A stretch of 64,000 nucleotides of DNA from Raillietiella orientalis (taxonomy: Eukaryota). The position numbers and the translations under genes are program-made. The DNA is taken from positions 992,001-1,056,000 of the forward strand of contig JAYWIR010000023.1 in NCBI GenBank assembly GCA_036172245.1, in the 5' to 3' direction. Below are positions 52,723 to 64,000 of the stretch, piece after piece. Numbering within the stretch: position 1 is the first letter of the stretch; each line of letters begins with the position of its first letter. The notes below the pieces were generated by a model that saw only the letters and a program-made list of their open reading frames with translations, was not told the DNA's origin and did not search any database.

Positions 52723-55484
52723 CTAGAGACCATCCTGACTTCTTGATTTCATAAAAAAGTATACGCTAGCAACAAATGCCATGACAGAGAAGCAAAGCAT
52801 CCTGTATGATAACTCGATTTCTCGGTTATCCAGGATGATTGCGTTTCCGGACCGTGATTCCATGCAAAGCCCTTCGCTAGAACTTGAGAGCAGATGGTCA
52901 CTTTTGGATTTCGTGCGTGCCGAGGCGTGGCGTGTTCCACCTTTCGAATGACCGACTTGATTTCCTGAGGTCATGCAAACCTTTTGCGAATGGAAATGCC
53001 ACGTCGACGTTACGTTCGAAGAATGCATTTCAGAGTACGTACTGTGCCTTCCAACAGAAATCATTTCTTCTTCTGTGTTTTCTAGCGAAGGCATCAAAAG
53101 GGAATCCAAGGACAATTCCATGTCGCTCTTCCTTTCGAACCCTCTCACTTTCGTGCTGCTTTGTTCTTGTAGCATTTTCCTTCTGAAATCGTTCCTTGCT
53201 CTTTTGAAGAATTCGTTCATTTCTTTTATGGAGTCGTTTACGAGCCTCTTACTACAGTTCGCTTCGATAGCGTCCTGAATCATCGTGCATAATACAAACT
53301 CTTTAATTATGTTCTTACCCGAAGATATTCTTCCGTGTCAATTTCTTTCGTTTCCGAAGAGAGAAGTTCTTGGATGCTTTCTGACCGCTTTTCTGCATCC
53401 CTTCTGTCTCCTGAGGGGTTCAGACTAGACATGCTGCCAGAAGGTTCGCATTTTTCGTGAGAGAAATTCGGAAAACTTCCGTGCGACCGACGCGTCGATT
53501 CCGGATCCAAAGGATGGTTCGCTCCTGTACGAGAAAGTCTACCCGAAGACGAGCTTGTCGGATGCGAACTCAGATCCTTTTGCAAGAGCAGCCTTTCCAG
53601 CTTCTGGCAACACTTTTCCATGATCCTGTTAGTTCCTTCCAAGCAGCAGGTGTTTACCCAGCCACCCGCTGGGGTTTCGAAACTGCTCATGCGTTCACAT
53701 GAAGGCATTTCACCAACTGTTGAAGGTGCCATCGAGGGTAACTTCTCCGTTTTCTCTGACCAAACGCTTTCCACAGCACTCGTCTCATCGAAACAGCACG
53801 GAGACAAAGTGAAAGACACTTCGTCGTCCATCAAGCGATATGCGAATCTGCACTTTTTCTCCCAAGGGTAGGGGTAACTGTCGTTTTGTTCGTCAGCACG
53901 CTCCGTCTCTTCGAGCTTTCCCGCGCCCTCTTCTGTGTCGCAGTCGTGTGGTTCAGATTCATTCGCTGTTCCTGCTGTGGATTCTCCTACACTTTGGATA
54001 ACTTCCCAGGACTTTGTAGCGCCTTTGGAGCTTAAGAAAATTCCATCTTTCTGAGGATTTGAGCTCTCACTTGGATGAGGATTCATATCCATCACAGCCT
54101 CTCCCTCCCTGCTTGGGTTTTTGGGGTTTCCTTCATTTCCATGTTCTGCAGGTGTGGTGTTGTGCGGCAGGCGCTTTCTGAAGTCATGTGACTGAGTCGT
54201 GTCTCCCTTTCTATTGGAAAAATTTCCTCCATGGTCGGAGCTATTGCTCGTGTCGTTAAACAAATGATTGGGATTGTTTTTGGAAACTGCGCCCTCGCTG
54301 TTGTCACGAGAATTGGGGCGCCCTCCTCGCTCGGCTTCCTTCTTCGGATTTCTGATCCTTTTCTTCCTCGCCTTTCCGTGTGCGGTTTGAGCGTTGTCCT
54401 GCTGAGTAGGATTTCCTGTTCCCTCGTGCGAGGAGGCTGCAGAAGAAGTTGCAATCTTTTGCGCGAAACTTCTAGGGTTGTCACTCTCCGTTTCAGTGTT
54501 GCTACCATGCTCCTCTAGGTCACCTCGAGGCAGTACGTTAATTGAGGGAGGATTCGAGTGCATAAGAGGGAGAATCATGGGAGCGCCACCTGAAGAGTTG
54601 TCGTTTTCGTCAGTAGACATCTTCCTTCCATTGTTCTCTGCGTGAAAGAGGCTCGAAACAACACTCGATTTTTTCAAGGATGGAAATCGTGAGACGTGAT
54701 CATCGTCATTTATCTTGGGTGTTGACCCTCCGTTCTGTGGAGTAACAGACGTTACAAACTGTTCAAATAAATTCAGCTTAGCAGAAGATGGTCTTATTTC
54801 TGGAGTCAATGGTTCAAGAAAGTCATCACTCCTTGTTTTAAATAAGCTTAAAATTTCACTGTCTTGGTCATCTTCGTCCATCGATTGCCGAAGGTTCATG
54901 AAGGTCGACCTCGCTGATATCTCTTTTTCTTCTTCCTCAGGAATGCTTTCTTGGTTCACGGGACCAATCCTATCTTTATTTATTTCAGGGACTTTTCCTG
55001 AGAGGCCCGATTTCATCCTTGCTTTTCTCCAAGACTTCCTTTGGTTGTACTTAGGAGAGAACCTTTGCTTGCTCTTGCTCTTCTGCTCCTTAGGTCTATG
55101 AAGCGGACCAGGGAGCATTTTGGCATTTTTCGCAGGTGCATGTTCTCCCCTTCTATCTGCCCTAGTTGCGGACACTTTCAGAGCGTTTCCGCTTCCTTCA
55201 TGTCGTTGGTCAGCAGGGAACGCTGCTGTCTCAAGTGAAGGGCCGCACTTGCTCTGGCTGATGCTTTTTGTAGTCTCTCCTCCGGAACGGACTCCTGAGA
55301 GTCCATCGGTTCCGCCTTGTTGTGGCTGCTGATCCCCAGTCCTCGCCTGTAATGGAACGGGATGATCGCCTATTCTTTCTCCCGTCAACAGATCATCTTC
55401 GCCTGTTTCGCCGCTGGCCGATTTTTGAATTTCGCCGAGCTTTTCAAGGCTCTTGGACAACTGTCCACAATGTTCGGAATCCAT
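52723..55484 (-). CDS. Uncharacterised ~905 aa Ser/Glu/Asn-rich disordered protein with C-terminal TM helix (tail-anchored candidate)
   Basis: 725 aa and 186 aa ORFs join in frame across a 44-nt GTAAGA...TTCAG intron (53318-53275). Hydrophobic MLCFSVMAFVASVYFFM near the C-terminus. Possible in-phase upstream exons 55771-55745 and 55692-55614. Confidence 0.8.
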
Positions 55485-56351
55485 ATCTTCAGAATCGGAG
55501 AAGGAAGAAAACTTTCTTTCTCGAATATTCTTTCCAACAATCGAAAATTTCGATGTGGGAGGGAATTTTTTTTTTTGTTTTTTTTCTGCGAGTCACTTCA
55601 AATTTTTCCCTACCACTGCTGTTTTGCACGTGCCCCAGCAACGGACGCCGGATTTCCAATTCCAGATCCGCGATGCTGGATACGAGGCTGGACTTTCAAT
55701 GTTACATGTTGATGTGTGTATATGCTTGGTAAACATAAAAGTACGGAAATGCTTGAAGCACGATGCGTCATGACTGGCAACCCATTATTACAAGCGACAA
55801 TGCAGCCATCATACGCCAGCGGAAAATTCAACAGGGCAAAAGGCTGCCATCTTCAGCTTGAATACATAAATCGTATCAATTGCTGATCCCTTCAGCTCTC
55901 CATCACTCTTCTGTACAGGTGATCAAGAACATCCGAAAGACTTCCTTCGTCTGGATCAGTGATACTCAACCTTCCTTCCTCTCGGGCCACACACATACAT
56001 AAAGTTTGCAGCATTACGCGAGCTGTGTACAGTACGTTATATATTATAATACAATCATGTAAAAAAAATTATACGTTGATGTGCTTTAATTCATTCTACA
56101 AATTTTAACACAATGCATTTTTTTTTTTTTTTTACATTCGTGTATTGCATGCAAAAAAATCGGAAGAATGGATGGACTTTTTAAATTGTGGTGAGCTAAG
56201 CGCAGACTGCACTCTTTTTCCGCGTACCAACAAGTGAAATGGTAAGAGACGAAACAGTACGCAACAACGTCATTGCACGAAATCGCAGAACAAACACACG
56301 ACAACTACCAGAAGTTTTTTTAAGAAAAAAGCACTCAATGTCTGTGAATGA

Positions 56352-56418
56352 CGTGGGCCGCACATAAAAGGTTGGCGGGGCCCGCAAGCGGCCCACGCAG
56401 GGCCGTAGGTTGTCTCTG
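56352..56418. mobile_element. Terminus of a hAT (Buster/Charlie-type) element
   Basis: GGGCCGCAC...GCGGCCCACGCAGGGCCGTAGGTTGTCTCTG followed by GTCTAGAT (nnnTAnnn target-like). Partner end not identified. Confidence 0.55.
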
Positions 56419-59400
56419 GTCTAGATCGATGTACTCGCACTCATGCATACAGGTTGACATACTCAAATCTATATGTATATATTCATTGTGGGAAAGAAAA
56501 AATCATATGTGAAACGTATTTAGGGCGTAAAAAGGAAAAAAGTGCGTCATCCGAAATCTCAAACGTCACCACATGTTATGTATGGTGTGCCGTTTCAGCC
56601 ACACGAAGGTGTAAAAAATGATGACGTGTTTTGGGTAACGTGGACACCAGGCGATCAGTAGAACATGTTTCATGATTTGAAGGAAACACTGCTCGTCAAC
56701 CATGAAGATGACTAGGAGTGCTGAATAATTACGATTTCTCTAAACAAGCAGAAGACAGATGGTCCAAGGAGAGTTCAACTGAGAAACAAAAACGGCAACA
56801 AACACTTCAACGAAGACTAAAGGTTTCGTGCTGAAATCCTGGAGCTTGAAACTGGAGATATCCTGCGTCATCGGAGGGAGGCAATGAGGACAGATTCTCC
56901 TGAGATTTACGTAGCCACGCGATGAAGAAATAAATTTCACGGGTTATTCGTGAAAAGACATTGGAAAACGATGACTCGATGCAGACTATTCAGGAGCTTA
57001 AAAGTTTTCCAAAGACTTCGGTCAGAAATTGGAAGAATTAAATCCATCTAAGTGGATGAAATCGCTAAGGATCCCGCTGCTTGTTTTCAGACCAATTCAG
57101 TCCAGTGGTTCCCCTACTCGTTACGATCATTTTTCTTTTTATTATTATTATTTTAGCGCCTTGTCTGATGTTAATACACTTACTGATTAGAACCATACAA
57201 CTGATTACTTTCTACTGTCTTTTGCTCCCCCTCTAGCACCTCTGTTGGCTTAATGGTTGCTTGAATTGGGAATGAAACCGCCATGATGGAGGTAATCATT
57301 TAGAACTTTTTAATCATTTTTCTTCTTCTTCTTCCTCTGCCAGTGGGTAGTTAGAGGGGATGGATGCTCATCATTCTTCCGTAAAGTACGGAAATTCTTT
57401 TCTGTGAAGCGCTCCTTCAGAATGGTTTGGATTTCCGAAGGATAAGTTTGGAATTTTGTATCGTGAATATGAAAATCAGCAATATTCGGCTGATTTCCAC
57501 TTCAAAAAAATCATTAAAATTCGTACTAAATTCTAACAGAATTACATCTCATTAATGCGCGTGCATTCTTTTATTACTTAATTTCGAATTTGAAATTATT
57601 GTATTCCATGTCAAGAGGAGGATCTTGGACTGAAAACTTGATAAGCAAAAACCGGAGTTTATGAGATTTGTAGAGAAGAATGCAACAAATTGCTTTACCC
57701 TTAGTAATCAAGATGGTTTATGTGGAGATCGAAAGCGCCTGTTTCGCAACTTTCCTTGTGCTCCCATAGAGCATCACCTTTTTTCTTTTTTCAGAACTTT
57801 TCTGTACCCTTATCTGATCATTTGTTCCACCAAGTAACGTAAAGAAATGTGCACAGATAGCATTTATAAAAAAAAAGAAAAAAGTCAAATTAAGACTTCG
57901 ATACCAGAAAAAAGATGATGTTTGAAATGAAGTTACTTTTGAATTCATTGCCAGGGGATAATTATAATTCCTTTTTAACGAGGAACCAATTTATTTTCAC
58001 AGGAGACAAACCACGATTTATGTCAAAAAAATGGGGAATTTTACCAAGTGCACTTGAAGGACGTCGCTTCGTTGAAATTTTAGTCCTCACAACATTAATT
58101 CATTTACTTACATGGAGCCACTTATTCTGTACAAGTTTCCTTCCATTTCGAAGCAGTCTCTGCTACATCCCTATACAATGCTTGTAATTCTGACAAACTG
58201 AATACTGAAAATCTGACCGTAATTTTCATCATTTCCTTTGTATTCAGCCTCTTTCCTTCGACGTTCTTTTCTGTCTTGCAGGCTGTAATCTTTACTTGAT
58301 GGAACAGTAAAGCTGCCCACAATCCCCCAACATGTAACCTTTTTTTTGGCCTTAATATTTCAAATTCATTTTGAAATGCTGTAGGCCTGAAAACGGAGAG
58401 CGATTCAGGGACGGTTCGGATTCCTCCGTACGTCCCGATGCAGCCGGGAACACGCGGTGCCTTTTCACTTGCACACACCACCACCACCCAGTTTGGCCTT
58501 GACAGCATCCATCTAGCAAAATCCGACACATGTTTCAAGATTCAGTCAGCATTTGATCGGGATCACCCGATTTCCGTTTGCAGCATCTGATCTTGTTATA
58601 CTGATTTCATCCAAAAGTTGCCGAATATTCCGAAATCGGTTGGTTGCTATTGCGATAGAACAGGTTATGGCCATAGGGAAAATTCTGGTATCTATTAATT
58701 ATTGTTTTCCTTTTTAAGTACGTTTCTGAAGATGATTACTCAGAGAAATAAGTTCGGAGTCTTGCATTGCGTTTTTTATGAGAGAAAAAAAAAAAAAATC
58801 AAATGACAGGAAAAAAAAAAAAAAAAAATCCTTCTCTATTAGCACACGCATTTCTTGATATTTTGAAAATTGACAAAAGACAGAGCTCGGTAAGATTAAA
58901 GTTAAATTTTTGTTTAGCTGGAAATTATAATTCAGGAATGCGACTTATTCACCACCCTTTCAGGATTTACAATTACTTATTCGCATCTTACTTGCTATTG
59001 TATTCAGCATTCTGATTCTGAAATTAACATCCTTTTCTTAATCGCATTTATAAAGTATGTAGAATCGCTTTTTAGGAAAAAGTAACAGGTAGAGAATAAT
59101 ACTTTTCCCCATTTTCAAAATTCTCTGCTCCTGGTTTACTTATTCATTCCTTTATACAGCCTCAAATTGCAAATAAGAAAATCCATTTCTATACGCAAGG
59201 AGTAAGTTGCAATCCTCACAGATACCAAAATAGTGAGAGTGAATAGCATTGATTGCTATTCGCTTGTTACTCCTTTTTTAGGCGATGTTTTCGTTTTACT
59301 ATTGAAGTGCTCCACTTGGAGAAACGGTCTTTTGCAGGAGTCATTTCATTCTACTAAACATCGTTGCGGCAAAAAACTTCCAAGAATAAGGCTTATAGAC

Positions 59401-60464
59401 TGAAGCAGCCCACCCTTGAGGCCCACCAACGGGTACGCCTATTGCCGTAGATCAACAGGCTTGAAAGCAGGCACCAGTGGATGGATGGCAGACTTTGAAA
59501 AAGGGAACAAGGTTCAAGGAAACTTGGGAGAGAGAGGCAAAGCATTCCTCTGATTTTGCCTTCGGAATTACGGGCATGTAAATAGTTGGAATGAAAAAAG
59601 AATAGATGTTAAATGACAGCGAACTCGGTACATATCAGGTGCTAGATCTCATGAAACGAAATTTTTAAAAGAATTGCAAGGAAACCAAAAAAAAGCATGA
59701 CTGCTTATTTTTTTTTTCTTTTTTTTTCTTTCAGTATCACGAATAAAATGGAATATATATTTATTTCCGAAATATTTTCAAGGAATAAAAAAATGTGGTT
59801 TCTGGAAAAAAATTGAATGCAAACATGTTGAGCATAAATAAATGAACCTCAAATAAGGGATACTTCCAGCACTTTCGATGGGCCAGAATAAGAAATGTAG
59901 AATGTAACGGTGAAACAGTTCTCAGAGCATAATTCTTGAACGTAATGGTATAGATCTTGGGATTTTCACCGTCAAAATGACATGTTGAACTGTGTACAGC
60001 AGTTGTCCATTCACGAACTGATTTTACAACTCAGTTCAGATATGAAAAGTTTAGAGCAATGAAGAAGCAGCTTCAGATACGACCGTTGACAAACGATTAA
60101 AACAGTCGTGGTGATGCTCAAATCTCTGAAATCAGTACAGCAATCGTGTCAGGCATTTCGAGAATCGAATTTGTCTGCCAGATTATTCTTCTGTTCCAGC
60201 TTATTGATTCAAACTCTTGAACACTTTGTACGAATATCCTCCACAGAGTCGATGCTCAGCTATTTAAGAAAATTACTTACTTTCAACGACATTGGGTAAG
60301 AATGTGTTCTTTTTTGGCTGTGATGCGATTTAGCTTTGTGAACCTTTAACAGTCCTTTGGCGATCTTTCCATCCAGTTTAATCTGAAGATGAAGTCAGTA
60401 CATGAATGTGCTACAGCAAATTAAACACTTCATCATAATCCTCTCTGCTATTTCTTCGATTTCA

Positions 60465-61466
60465 CTATTTCATGAGGAAAAAGAATCTATGCCTCCACTT
60501 GGATTTTTCAGGTAGCCCAAATAAAATTTTTTGGAAAGCCACAAAGACCACACTTGTAACGATCAGAAGTGCTCCAAACGCGTGAGCAAGGCTTGGGATT
60601 TCTCGGAAGATAGTAAATTGCCATACGTGAGCAAACACTACTTCCAATGTTCTGGTTAAAGCAACTATGTTTGCTTCTTCTAGTTGAAGGGCTACTGTGA
60701 GGGAAGCATGTGAAATGAAGCTCATTACTCCCAAAGCTAAAAGACCTAGCCATTCCCAGATGCATTGAGGCATAGAAATTTTTTTCAAAATCCCTGCAAG
60801 GATCCCGTTTAAAACGAGTCCAATGCATGCGTGATTCAAAAGGACTACTGAGAAGTGTACTTCTTTCAATAGTCTCATTGAAATGAGAGCCACGGAGATC
60901 ATCAACACCCCTCCTAACGCAGACAAAACGCCTAATAATTGCCGATGTGATCTTACACCGAATCTCAGCAGCTTGGGAGGATTTAGAATCAAGAGTATTC
61001 CGATGGAGGAAACACACAGAGCAATTATTTTGACAATTGTGAATTTCTCTTTCAAGAAAATTCTTGTTAATATTGATACGAATACAGGGACACTGATGAG
61101 AATCACCGCCGCGCTCCCGATGGGCAGGAGGCGAACAGATGTGAATAACAGCATGATACCAACTGAACCTGCAACGCCACGTACTATCAGCAGTTTACGA
61201 GGCTTTGAGGGAAATGGGTTCAGCTGAAACTGGAACACGAGCATCGAAGATCCGACAAAAACTCCAAGCAGATGAAAGAATGACAAGTAGGATGGGTGGT
61301 ACATCCACAGCTGTTTTGCTTGTACTAAAGCAAGAGAAAACATCAGACTCGCAAATACGGTAAGCAAGAGTCCCCTATATGGCGCATGCAAGAACTGGTG
61401 AATGCACAATCCGAGTTCCCTTCTACGGTGCTTCGGTTCGATGGATGTGCCGGGGGAATCCATCAC
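60465..61466 (-). CDS. Intronless EamA/DMT-family transporter, SLC35G1-like (333 aa)
   Basis: Highly hydrophobic, two EamA repeats: LLIVRGVAGSVG..LLPIGSAAVI..PVFVSILTRIFLKEK and ALQLEEANIVALTRTLEVVFA. Confidence 0.88.
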   Translation of the reverse strand: MMDSPGTSIEPKHRRRELGLCIHQFLHAPYRGLLLTVFASLMFSLALVQAKQLWMYHPSYLSFFHLLGVFVGSSMLVFQFQLNPFPSKPRKLLIVRGVAGSVGIMLLFTSVRLLPIGSAAVILISVPVFVSILTRIFLKEKFTIVKIIALCVSSIGILLILNPPKLLRFGVRSHRQLLGVLSALGGVLMISVALISMRLLKEVHFSVVLLNHACIGLVLNGILAGILKKISMPQCIWEWLGLLALGVMSFISHASLTVALQLEEANIVALTRTLEVVFAHVWQFTIFREIPSLAHAFGALLIVTSVVFVAFQKILFGLPEKSKWRHRFFFLMK

Positions 61467-62049
61467 ATCAGCTGACTTGGAACACGAAATCTCAAAAAGA
61501 AAGGCTTCTGGTTGCTATTTGTCTCTGGAACGGAAATCGTGACACAGTACGGTAAAAGAAATAGGAACAGCAAGATCTATTGATGCTTTATGATCGTTCA
61601 ATTAAAGGCGACATGCATAAAACTTTTCCATTTAGTGTAATCATCCGTGATAATGAGATGAATGTAACATATATTTCACATGCTTTGTGTAAAGGAAATC
61701 AGCACTGAAATTTTTCTCGTAGGCAGTTCACATAATTTGAACTATCTCAATAGAGTTCTTGTGAATCTGCCGTTAAAAGATAGGAAATAGGGGAGGGGGG
61801 GGGAAATTACTTTTCGAAAAGTTAATTTGGTTATTTTTACAAAAATTTGCTGTCGAATTGAAGCGAGCACCCTAGACAAAGCCTTTACTTTCACGAAATT
61901 TGTACTAGCGTGCTTCAATATTTCTCTTTGACATAATGTTCAGAGAGAGAGGAGAAAAAATTGAATCGATAATTTATAAGCTATACAATAACTGTTGCTT
62001 TAATTTACACACATCCATTTTCTTTAGAATTAGCAAACGAAATCAGCCA

Positions 62050-63620
62050 GTCACAGTGCTGCTATGTGAAATGTTTATGAAAAGTTTCACTTTTCCATCC
62101 AACTGTTTTCTTATTATATCACAAAGAGAAACACTCGAGTTTCCTTTCAAACTTGTCCAAAAATTTCTCGATGCACCCTGCAATACATGTGATCCAGCAC
62201 TTGATCTAGAATTCACATGTGACATGTGATCTCGGAGTCTATCGAAAAAATCAATAAATGCATGCTAATCATTCTCTGGATAAGCATTAAGAGCAGTTTT
62301 TGAACAAGTTTCTAAAATGACCTAAAGATGAGAATTATAATTGTTCTTTGAGTTTCCTGTAATTAACGATCGATAATTAAATACTGAATCTAAGGTATGG
62401 ACGTTTCTTCTGAAAAGAATTGGGGAAATGAAATTGGAATGAATAAATCATACACTACTGCATTAGGAGTAATCAATACATTTTAGTGCAAATTTGTAAA
62501 ACAAACAAGTACTTACCAAATTCATGGCCCCAAAATTCAATAATGTGATCTGAAAATTTAAATTTACTTTATGATTTTGTAATGTAACTTTTCCTGATAG
62601 CTATCGGTGATGACTGTTGGTACACGAATGTTCTAATGTTGGAATCATAAATGAACTTATTAAAATAGATAAATTTATTCAATGTGAAACAAAGCATAAA
62701 TAGACAAAATAAAAAATGGGCATAGATGAAAAACTACATGCAGCTAAGGATTTTAGTTCTCAAGCTTCATGATTCTAATTTTCTATCGTATAAATTGATA
62801 TCTGTTCATTTACATTAGAAATTCATTTTATATTATGATGATCTTGAACATACATTAAATTTTGTGTACACCGGGCATTTCGAAATTAAAGCAAGAACCA
62901 GGCATTTAGAGAGAAATACGAAGGTTTAATTTCATGGTAATAATACAACAAATATCAGTTTGAAACCTCATGAGGACTGTACCAAAATCATACATACTTG
63001 GAATTAGAACACACCTAATGGACAAAATTTTCTTGCAGTTTTGAATAGAAAAGTCTATTTCTAAAGTTGAATGCATACATCATAAAGTTTAGAAAGAAGA
63101 ATTTGTAGACATGAGCAGTCAGATATTGTGTGAGACTGAAGAATCCTTTCTTCCAGATTCCTTCAACAATTCCATACTGATTGCTCGTGATTCTGAGCGT
63201 CTGTTTATTCCACTTTGGTTGTTTCACAGGAAACGTACGATTTGTATTATTCATAAAGTTAAGTATGCCTACTTTTGTTATCGATCTCCTAAGTATAAAC
63301 GTAAATCTTGTGAAAATCATCAAAAATCAACTCGTGGCTGCTTAAAACTTATGATGGAATACAATGCAAACTTTTGTTTTGGGTTTACAAGTCTTGTCAT
63401 TTGACACAGGTCATTAGATTCGATTAAGATAAGGATGTACTTATTCTGTGTTTTATCAAAGAACTTCTTGGGAGTTGATAATTTTTGAAATATTTCGTTT
63501 TGAAAGAAAATTAATTTAAGATATTCATGGATTTAATAAATCTGTGTTTTATTTATTATACCCAACGATATTTGAAAGTTCTAGTGCTCCACAAACAATT
63601 GAAATTGGAGGAAAAAAAAA
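62050..63620 (-). mobile_element. Very decayed piggyBac-like transposase relic
   Basis: NPKQKFALYSIISFKQP (PxxxLSIDESMIxFKGR-like), GIVEGIWKKG and a CRVH..KETRV Cys-tail trace. Confidence 0.4.
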
Positions 63621-64000
63621 TTAAAGTGAATGGGGGTTTTTCATTCCAATGACACGACCACTTTCACAATACAGATGACTGCACAGTCGGTGAAACAGAA
63701 ACAATTGGTGTCTTAATAAAGTATGACTAATGCATGCACTAGAAACATTTTGAAGTGCAGTTACACTTTTAGATAACTAAAATATGGCTCATTATAAATA
63801 ACAAGGGAAGCAATGAGGGTTCTCGACCTTTTAATGAGTAATTTCAGCGAAATATGTTAATTTCAAAGTTATGTTTGCAGTTCTTCAAACCGCAGTTTAT
63901 GAGAAAGATGCAAGGAACAATTTGAATGTCACAATAGCACCAAATGTGTGGCAACGAAAAATAATTTCATCGGCTGTGCCAATTGGCAATTGCATAGCTT

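Overview
Eukaryotic, AT-rich, animal genomic DNA, most likely an arthropod or other ecdysozoan (inferred from Mtl- and mRpS34-like sequences), with many very short GT-AG introns (37-50 nt) alongside longer ones. Recognisable host genes: TRMT44 (-, runs off the window start), mRpS34 (-), Rac-family GTPase Mtl/MIG-2 (+), NADP-IDH (IDH2-like, -), NNT (+), a ~905 aa orphan disordered protein with a C-terminal TM helix (-) and an intronless SLC35G/EamA transporter (-). Intergenic DNA is largely decayed TEs: several LINEs, a NeSL/Utopia-like RLE retrotransposon fragment, two piggyBac relics, a hAT end and MITEs. Most notable: (1) a decayed endogenous viral element of a segmented negative-strand RNA virus L protein at ~44.95-49.4 kb, with endonuclease-like, F, A, B, SDD and D motifs in order, split by a foldback MITE; (2) a tRNA(His)-like-headed GC-rich element carrying an array of ~10 hairpins, present in two copies whose stems show compensatory changes; (3) a highly diverged multi-exon type IA topoisomerase (TOP3B-like) relic between the divergent IDH and NNT genes. 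All homology calls come from reading motifs by eye; no searches were run.
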